64,000 nucleotides of DNA. Source: Paramoeba atlantica. Its lineage: Eukaryota > Protista > Discosea. The translations under genes were made by a program, and so were the position numbers. Below are positions 1 to 7,383 of the stretch, piece after piece. Under the pieces are notes generated by a model, which saw only the letters and a program-made list of their open reading frames with translations, did not search any database and had not been told where the DNA came from. Location of the stretch: the NCBI GenBank assembly GCA_977017575.1, contig CDRNVI010000084.1, positions 44,019 through 108,018 of the forward strand, given 5' to 3'. The number at the start of each line of letters is the position of its first letter. Position 1 is the stretch's first letter.

Positions 1-2450
1 TCTGCGCGAAGCGTGTTGGTGTCTTATCCGCAGGTTGTGATTTCTGGCCTCGAGCGCCCAAACCTCCTTTCAGCTCGGCTGGGTTTCGTCAACTTCCGGA
101 TGAGTAATCTTCGCGCTCACGGAAAGCTACGGGAAACGTGCCATGAGGACTTGTCTGCGCGAAGCGTGTTGGTGTCTTATCCGCAGGTTGTGATTTCTGG
201 CCTCGAGCGCCCAAACCTCCTTTCAGCTCGGCTGGGTTTCGTCAACTTCCGGATGAGTAATCTTCGCGCTCACGGAAAGCTAAGAGAAACGTGCCATGAG
301 GACTTGTCTGCGCGAAGCGTGTTGGTGTCTTATCCGCAGGTTGTGATTTCTGGCCTCGAGCGCCCAAACCTCCTTTCAGCTCGGCTGGGTTTCGTCAACT
401 TCCGGATGAGTAATCTTCGCGCTCACGGAAAGCTACGGGAAACGTGCCATGAGGACTTGTCTGCGCGAAGCGTGTTGGTGTCTTATCCGCAGGTTGTGAT
501 TTCTGGCCTCGAGCGCCCAAACCTCCTTTCAGCTCGGCTGGGTTTCGTCAACTTCCGGATGAGTAATCTTCGCGCTCACGGAAAGCTAAGAGAAACGTGC
601 CATGAGGACTTGTCTGCGCGAAGCGTGTTGGTGTCTTATCCGCAGGTTGTGATTTCTGGCCTCGAGCGCCCAAACCTCCTTTCAGCTCGGCTGGGTTTCG
701 TCAACTTCCGGATGAGTAATCTTCGCGCTCACGGAAAGCTACGGGAAACGTGCCATGAGGACTTGTCTGCGCGAAGCGTGTTGGTGTCTTATCCGCAGGT
801 TGTGATTTCTGGCCTCGAGCGCCCAAACCTCCTTTCAGCTCGGCTGGGTTTCGTCAACTTCCGGATGAGTAATCTTCGCGCTCACGGAAAGCTAAGAGAA
901 ACGTGCCATGAGGACTTGTCTGCGCGAAGCGTGTTGGTGTCTTATCCGCAGGTTGTGATTTCTGGCCTCGAGCGCCCAAACCTCCTTTCAGCTCGGCTTG
1001 GTTTCGTCAACTTCCGGATGAGTAATCTTCGCCCTCACGGAAAGCTACGGGAGACGTGCCATGAGGACTTGTCTGCGCGAAGCGTGTTGGTGTCTTATCC
1101 GCAGGTTGTGATTTCTGGCCTCGAGCGCCCAAACCTCCTTTCAGTTCGGCTTGGTTTCGTCAACTTCCGGATGAGTAATCTTCGCGCTCACGGAAATCTA
1201 CGGGAAACGTGCCATGAGGACTTGTCTGCGCGAAGCGTGTTGGTGTCTTATCCGCAGGTTGTGATTTCTGGCCTCGAGCGCCCAAACCTCCTTTCAGCTC
1301 GGCTTGGTTTCGTCAACTTCCGGATGAGTAATCTTCGCGCTCACGGAAATCTACGGGAAACGTGCCATGAGGACTTGTCTGCGCGAAGCGTGTTGGTGTC
1401 TTATCCGCAGGTTGTGATTTCTGGCCTCGAGCGCCCAAACCTCCTTTCAGCTCGGCTTGGTTTCGTCAACTTCCGGATGAGTAATCTTCGCGCTCACGGA
1501 AAGCTACGGGAAACGTGCCATGAGGACTTGTCTGCGCGAAGCGTGTTGGTGTCTTATCCGCAGGTTGTGATTTCTGGCCTCGAGCGCCCAAACCTCCTTT
1601 CAGCTCGGCTGGGTTTCGTCAACTTCCGGATGAGTAATCTTCGCGCTCACGGAAAGCTACGGGAAACGTGCCATGAGGACTTGTCTGCGCGAAGCGTGTT
1701 GGTGTCTTATCCGCAGGTTGTGATTTCTGGCCTCGAGCGCCTAAACCTCCTTTCAGCTCGGCTTGGTTTCGTCAACTTCCGGATGAGTAATCTTCGCGCT
1801 CACGGAAAGCTACGGGAGACGTGCCATGAGGACTTGTCTGCGCGAAGCGTGTTGGTGTCTTATCCGCAGGTTGTGATTTCTGGCCTCGAGCGCCCAAACC
1901 TCCTTTCAGCTCGGCTTGGTTTCGTCAACTTCCGGATGAGTAATCTTCGCGCTCACGGAAAGCTACGGGAAACGTGCCATGAGGACTTGTCTGCGCGAAG
2001 CGTGTTGGTGTCTTATCCGCAGGTTGTGATTTCTGGCCTCGAGCGCCTAAACCTCCTTTCAGCTCGGCTTGGTTTCGTCAACTTCCGGATGAGTAATCTT
2101 CGCGCTCACGGAAAGCTACGGGTGACGTGCCATGAGGACTTGTCTGCGCGAAGCGTGTTGGTGTCTTATCCGCAGGTTGTGATTTCTGGCCTCGAGCGCC
2201 CAAACCTCCTTTCAGTTCGGCTTGGTTTCGTCAACTTCCGGATGAGTAATCTTCGCGCTCACGGAAATCTACGGGAAACGTGCCATGAGGACTTGTCTGC
2301 GCGAAGCGTGTTGGTGTCTTATCCGCAGGTTGTGATTTCTGGCCTCGAGCGCCCAAACCTCCTTTCAGCTCGGCTTGGTTTCGTCAACTTCCGGATGAGT
2401 AATCTTCGCGCTCACGGAAAGCTAAGAGAAACGTGAGGACTAGTCTGCGT
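1..2450. repeat. 153-bp tandem repeat array, ~16 copies, truncated by the window start
   Basis: TCTGCGCGAAGCGTGTTGG recurs at 1, 154, 307 and onward; copies are near-identical; the array decays at ~2435-2470. Confidence 0.98.
13..2436 (+). CDS. Possible repetitive-protein ORF (51-aa unit) running through the array; may be non-coding satellite
   Basis: The unit is 51 codons and one + frame has no stop. There is no ATG at the track start and no recognisable domain. Confidence 0.25.
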   Translation: MLVSYPQVVISGLERPNLLSARLGFVNFRMSNLRAHGKLRETCHEDLSARSVLVSYPQVVISGLERPNLLSARLGFVNFRMSNLRAHGKLRETCHEDLSARSVLVSYPQVVISGLERPNLLSARLGFVNFRMSNLRAHGKLRETCHEDLSARSVLVSYPQVVISGLERPNLLSARLGFVNFRMSNLRAHGKLRETCHEDLSARSVLVSYPQVVISGLERPNLLSARLGFVNFRMSNLRAHGKLRETCHEDLSARSVLVSYPQVVISGLERPNLLSARLGFVNFRMSNLRAHGKLRETCHEDLSARSVLVSYPQVVISGLERPNLLSARLGFVNFRMSNLRPHGKLRETCHEDLSARSVLVSYPQVVISGLERPNLLSVRLGFVNFRMSNLRAHGNLRETCHEDLSARSVLVSYPQVVISGLERPNLLSARLGFVNFRMSNLRAHGNLRETCHEDLSARSVLVSYPQVVISGLERPNLLSARLGFVNFRMSNLRAHGKLRETCHEDLSARSVLVSYPQVVISGLERPNLLSARLGFVNFRMSNLRAHGKLRETCHEDLSARSVLVSYPQVVISGLERLNLLSARLGFVNFRMSNLRAHGKLRETCHEDLSARSVLVSYPQVVISGLERPNLLSARLGFVNFRMSNLRAHGKLRETCHEDLSARSVLVSYPQVVISGLERLNLLSARLGFVNFRMSNLRAHGKLRVTCHEDLSARSVLVSYPQVVISGLERPNLLSVRLGFVNFRMSNLRAHGNLRETCHEDLSARSVLVSYPQVVISGLERPNLLSARLGFVNFRMSNLRAHGKLRET

Positions 2451-2621
2451 CCTCCCGCAAGTTGTGATGTAAAGTCGATAAGAAGTTGATGTGCGAGATG
2501 AACTTGTCGAGTCACGTAAAAAAAAAGACTTTGTATTAAGTTCGGTTCTCATTTCGTCGCAATATACATATGGTATATATATAAAAAAAAGTGTTGCAGG
2601 AAGGGATGGTGCATCTACAAT

Positions 2622-2884
2622 CCGCGAAGAAAGACAGCCGAGCAGAACAGGAGTTTCGGCGCTCGAGGCCATAAATCTTCACACATCGATGACAACGAAA
2701 TCTCACTTGACTCGAAGCTCTGAGGGGGCACTTGTCGCAACGCAACGCACTTGCAGTCCATCGTTTCACTTCACCCTTGCGTTTCCAGGGACTTCCTCCT
2801 TCCAAATATGCCGCCAAAGAAGATTTTGCACCAACCGCGAAGAAACACAGCCGAGCAGAACAGGAGTTTCGGCGCTCGAGGCCA
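2622..2884 (-). repeat. Two diverged, inverted copies of the 153-bp repeat core (2622-2671, 2835-2884)
   Basis: CAGCCGAGCAGAACAGGAGTTTCGGCGCTCGAGGCCA resembles the array reverse complement CAGCCGAGCTGAAAGGAGGTTTGGGCGCTCGAGGCCA; the two copies differ by 1 nt over 50. Confidence 0.8.
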
Positions 2885-5800
2885 CAAACGCCCAGCTCTG
2901 AACGTTGCTTCTTAGATTGTATCTCAACACCTCGGAACGCAAACAGTACTTTCTCAGACTCTAACTCAACGTCCGATCCACCTCGCGAGCCTCCAAGCCC
3001 TCCTCAATTTCCGCTCGAGAAATCAGACGACGAAAGATTGGTTGTCTTATCAGAGGAAATCGGAACATCAGAAAATCAAGAAACAAAATCCGACACCCCC
3101 GAGGTGAATGCATTACCCCGGCCATTCGCGCCCAACGTCGACGCCCGAGAAGCTGTGAGATTCGTTGAGCAAAGCTCACTCGTCGTGCGACCCGCCGACA
3201 CTTCAGAAAACAAGGATGCAGACAGCATAATTTTCGTCGAGCATGCAGCATCTCATGACATTTGCGAAGACTTGCTAAACAATATCAATTCGGATTCACA
3301 TTTCCCTATACAAGAAGAGCAAATCTGGAAGCTTTCGTCACATTTAAAGAAAGGATCCCTGTGCACGATTGCCTGGACGTTTAGCAATCAAAACAATATG
3401 AACATTTCGATGGGGAAAATCACGAGCGTGTACCGACGCAAAGGAACAGGAAGGCTCAACATGCAGTATAAAGGAATTACGGGACACAAGCTAGGAGAAG
3501 GTTTTTCAGGGACATTACCACCACACGAAAGTGTCCGAATCTATAAGATAGTTTGGCATGCATCCGCTCCAACCTCGAACAAGATGGAAACGCACAATGA
3601 GCACGGCCAGGTGAAGCAAATCACAGAATCAGAAACCCCCATCCCAGCCGCACAGCCCATCTCTGATTGGACTCCTGATGATTTAGATCGCTCGCCGATA
3701 CCGACCTCGCGAATAATCCAGGCGGAGCTAATTCCAGCAGCAATAGCCACATATCGGGAACTTATGAGTGACTATGCGCGCAGCACGTATACTCAAAGAC
3801 ACAAAATTTGGCACGACGTTTTGTCCGCTATGAAGAGCTCTCTTGCTTCAATCAGACAGGCTTCCAATCGCAGAAGACGCCGTCGACCCTTTCCAAGTGA
3901 TGAAAATAACAATAGTGCAAACAATGGGGAAAATAAAACAGAGGACAGTGCAACCCTGTTGGCCTCCGATACGCGCGCGATCAAAAAAGCTACGAGGCTT
4001 GCCCTGGAAGGCTGCTCACGCAGGGCAGCGAAAGTGATGGATCAAACTTATACGCCAAACCCTTTATCGGATCAAGAGACACTTCAAAAGCTCAATGACC
4101 TTCATCCGCAAAACCCGTATCATATAAACCTCCCTGAGGACGCACCGCTGCTGACAGCGCTAGGGCCTGATGAATTAAAAGCGGCGAGCCAGAAATTGGC
4201 TAAGGGTGCTAGCCCGGGGCCCACAGGAACAACCGACGGATTGGTAAGGCTGTTGATCGACGACCCGGTGTGTAGCATGAGCTTATGCCATATGATGATG
4301 GATCTCATTAACGGATTCCTCCCTAAAGAAGTGATGCGTCGTCTCACCCGCGCCAGGCTGGTCGCGCTCCACAAACCGAATGGTGGAATAAGACCTGTCG
4401 CCATTGGGGAAGTGTTGATGAAATTAGCGGGATGCATTCTCGTACAAAGATACGAGAACATTCTAGAGCCACTGTTCGCGCCATTACAGCATGGAGTACT
4501 ATCGAAGGCAGGGTGCGAACGGGTAGTACACACCCTAAATGATCTGTATCTTGCTGGCTCAAACATTGTATCCATTGACGTCAAAAACGCATTCAATTCC
4601 CCTTCGCGCACGAAGATAGCCAAAGCAGTTTTTGGGTTGGCCACTTTAAAACCTTTTCATCGCTTCTTCTATGCAGAGTACTCGGAGGCGTCGGAGCTGT
4701 GTTATTACGGATCGTGGGGTCGACTCACCGGGGTTCTTTCGAGCACAAACGGTGTACGTCAAGGTTCCACTCTCTCAACAGTATACTTTTGCGCCTTTTT
4801 ACAACCAATTATTGAAACTTTGGCTGCAGAATTCCCTGACATCACGATTGCTGCATACGTTGATGATATTAACCTCGCTTCCCACGACACGCAACTCTTA
4901 AGCAAAGCTTTTGTACGCCTAAAAGAACTGCTGGCAGCGGAAGATCTCCTTGTATCAACTGAGAAGTGCGTCTGGTTCAGCGGGGTAAACAAGGAGCCTT
5001 TACCTGATGACATCAGGGATGCAGGGGTGAGAAATGAAGAAGATGCACTGAAAACACTCGGAGCTTTTATAGGAGATGATGATAAAGTTAGTGAGAAACT
5101 TTTAAGTACATTCAAAAAGCACGATGCAATTTTCAGGAGACTCAAGCTCATGGGAGCAAACAACGTGTCAACCCAATTGCTGTCAAAATGTGTAAACGTA
5201 CGGCAAACTTATCACATGCGTGTACATAACCCAACTGCGACTGAGGCATTAACGTTCAATTTTGACAATGCCATTGCGGAAGTTCTCACTTCGTGGTTTG
5301 GAAAGCTATCCGACGACCAGATTTCGCTACTTAGACTACCTGTAAAGAAAGGAGGCCTGGGTCTGACTGCGTGTCTACCTACCCGCAAAGCGGCATATGA
5401 ATCTTCGAAATTCACAGTTCTTGAACGCCCAAAAACCAATTCAGTTCGGACTGGGGAATTCCAAGAAGCGAATGCCAACATGCATAAGGACGTACCAGTA
5501 GACGAATCAACGCAGGCGGCAGAGATACACGCGAAAACTTGGGTGCAACTCACGGAGTCGGAATCTCACATGGCATCTATATTGCAAGCAACGACGCATA
5601 AAGGAAACTACGCATGGATCATGTCAAGCGCACGGTTTGTGCCATCTCATCTATTCACTCTGGCACTTTTACCTAGGCTAGGTCTAACTCATCCGGAACT
5701 TCCACCCCGAATGTTATGCCCAGGATGCAAAGTTCTACTAACATCCGGTTCCATTCTGACGCACATAGCAGGCTGCACAAAATGCTCAGGGCTCAACGCA

Positions 5801-6364
5801 ACCGTGAAACATAGCACGCTAGTGAATTTCCTCTATGAGTTAAGCTTGAAAGCTGGCATTCCTTGTGAGAAGGAACCGCGTCTATATTCAACGTATCGGT
5901 GCACGCAATGCAATGAAGTAGTCGGGCCGGAATACAGGCAGACACATAGTAAAGTGTGCGGAGGGAAATCTTTTCGCCGCTCTGGACCAGATCTCGTAAT
6001 TTACTGGAATGATGGAGAAATATATTACGATTTCACCGTGGTACATGAATTAGCGCCTTCAAATTTGGGAACGAAATGCAATAAGCTATTCCGGGACGCC
6101 ATCAAACGAAAACACGATACTTATGTCGCAACAAATAAAATCGCGAAAGAAAAATTCAGATGTATTCCCATCCTCTCTGGTGGATCCCTCCATTTCAATA
6201 CGAAGTCGCTGTTAATGGCCCTCGCAGATGCGGGCAGCGTACCTCGACAGCAGCTTCAGCTTGAGCTACAACTTTTGCTACAGGAGCAAAATGGTGCCAT
6301 ACTATATTCACAACTTCGGAATTACCTTGAGAAGGACAAGGGGGCGCTCCAGTTCGCTATATAA
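2732..6364 (+). CDS. CRE/SLACS-clade non-LTR retrotransposon polyprotein (RT, zinc fingers, restriction-like endonuclease); true start uncertain
   Basis: RT motifs IRPVAIGE, SIDVKNAFNS, GVRQGSTLS, AYVDDI; KKGGLGL; CPGC..HIAGC knuckle; KH(ST)L; SGPDLV..YYDFTVVH (PD-D/ExK-like). No APE domain. Confidence 0.92.
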   Translation: MSQRNALAVHRFTSPLRFQGLPPSKYAAKEDFAPTAKKHSRAEQEFRRSRPQTPSSERCFLDCISTPRNANSTFSDSNSTSDPPREPPSPPQFPLEKSDDERLVVLSEEIGTSENQETKSDTPEVNALPRPFAPNVDAREAVRFVEQSSLVVRPADTSENKDADSIIFVEHAASHDICEDLLNNINSDSHFPIQEEQIWKLSSHLKKGSLCTIAWTFSNQNNMNISMGKITSVYRRKGTGRLNMQYKGITGHKLGEGFSGTLPPHESVRIYKIVWHASAPTSNKMETHNEHGQVKQITESETPIPAAQPISDWTPDDLDRSPIPTSRIIQAELIPAAIATYRELMSDYARSTYTQRHKIWHDVLSAMKSSLASIRQASNRRRRRRPFPSDENNNSANNGENKTEDSATLLASDTRAIKKATRLALEGCSRRAAKVMDQTYTPNPLSDQETLQKLNDLHPQNPYHINLPEDAPLLTALGPDELKAASQKLAKGASPGPTGTTDGLVRLLIDDPVCSMSLCHMMMDLINGFLPKEVMRRLTRARLVALHKPNGGIRPVAIGEVLMKLAGCILVQRYENILEPLFAPLQHGVLSKAGCERVVHTLNDLYLAGSNIVSIDVKNAFNSPSRTKIAKAVFGLATLKPFHRFFYAEYSEASELCYYGSWGRLTGVLSSTNGVRQGSTLSTVYFCAFLQPIIETLAAEFPDITIAAYVDDINLASHDTQLLSKAFVRLKELLAAEDLLVSTEKCVWFSGVNKEPLPDDIRDAGVRNEEDALKTLGAFIGDDDKVSEKLLSTFKKHDAIFRRLKLMGANNVSTQLLSKCVNVRQTYHMRVHNPTATEALTFNFDNAIAEVLTSWFGKLSDDQISLLRLPVKKGGLGLTACLPTRKAAYESSKFTVLERPKTNSVRTGEFQEANANMHKDVPVDESTQAAEIHAKTWVQLTESESHMASILQATTHKGNYAWIMSSARFVPSHLFTLALLPRLGLTHPELPPRMLCPGCKVLLTSGSILTHIAGCTKCSGLNATVKHSTLVNFLYELSLKAGIPCEKEPRLYSTYRCTQCNEVVGPEYRQTHSKVCGGKSFRRSGPDLVIYWNDGEIYYDFTVVHELAPSNLGTKCNKLFRDAIKRKHDTYVATNKIAKEKFRCIPILSGGSLHFNTKSLLMALADAGSVPRQQLQLELQLLLQEQNGAILYSQLRNYLEKDKGALQFAI

Positions 6365-6585
6365 AGAGTTTCTAAAGAGGGGCAGAGCTTCTAAAGCCTG
6401 CAGTCAGGATAGATTTTTCAGAACTTGAGATAGTAATTGGCGCATTTACATAACAAAAAAAAAGATATTTTATGTATAAAATGGTTTTCTATAGACGCAA
6501 ATTAAGAAAATTTCATGTTGGAGTTTCTTGAACACACAACATTCTATAAATTGAATTTAAGAAACTACGACTATTCCGCCATCCT

Positions 6586-7383
6586 ATGCCGGACGGTCAG
6601 CCCTCCGTTTCTGACGTCATGCGTCAATTGACGCTGTTAACTACCAAATTCGAATCAAATTCAAGTCAATTGCAAGTGTTGCAGGAAGGGATGGTGCATC
6701 TACAATCCGAACTGAGACGGCTAGATCGTATGGAAGGAGATCTAAACAGGTTGAGCACGCAAAACAAGGAGGCGCTCCAAATGGTAGCACGATCCTCGGA
6801 CTCTCCGACGTACGATATTTCGGTGCACGATCTGCCGCAAGAACACGTGTTACAGCCCGAGCACTGGAAACCTGAGCATTACTGCTCGGACAATCTCCGA
6901 CGACAGCTCATCCAGCGCGTAGAGCACGAGGTGAGAAAACTATTTGGGAACTCTGCGGATCCTACGGCCGTGCCGGGAGATGCTATAGGTCTGAAGGACG
7001 CTCTAGACACGATTCAAAGTCACCTTGAATGCTGCGATGAACTGGTTAAACGGGGCCAGGAGGTGTCGATCAAATCGATTTCCCCTGCCATAGAAAACGT
7101 AATCTTCTTGCGCTACAAACACAAGTGGGGCCGTCGTGTTGCGCTGCAATGGAAAGACGCACTCAAGTGTGCGCCAATCGGATCTAAGTATGACACGGCG
7201 CACAACACCGCAATGGAATTTTACAAAAACTGCTCGATTGCTCAAGGCGCGGTTGCTGTCTCGCAAGCAAAAAACGGCGGAGGGCGCGGGTTCGCTGCCA
7301 GTGGGCGCGGGAGAATCCGCGGGCGTGGAGGTCGAGGAGGTCGTGGCTACGCAGCTGCGACGGCTGCTCCCTCGTCCCAATGA
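6586..7383 (+). CDS. gag-like ORF1 of family A (N-terminal coiled-coil, C-terminal RGG tail)
   Basis: ATG start; sits upstream of YR; homologous to 29452-30236 (GDAI.L.D/E.LDTI, LRYKHK.GR, SIAQGA...AKNGGGRG). Confidence 0.75.
   Translation: MPDGQPSVSDVMRQLTLLTTKFESNSSQLQVLQEGMVHLQSELRRLDRMEGDLNRLSTQNKEALQMVARSSDSPTYDISVHDLPQEHVLQPEHWKPEHYCSDNLRRQLIQRVEHEVRKLFGNSADPTAVPGDAIGLKDALDTIQSHLECCDELVKRGQEVSIKSISPAIENVIFLRYKHKWGRRVALQWKDALKCAPIGSKYDTAHNTAMEFYKNCSIAQGAVAVSQAKNGGGRGFAASGRGRIRGRGGRGGRGYAAATAAPSSQ

Noticed and set aside
1-2450. CRISPR array
   Set aside because: Units are contiguous with no unique spacers, there are no cas genes, and the context is eukaryotic.
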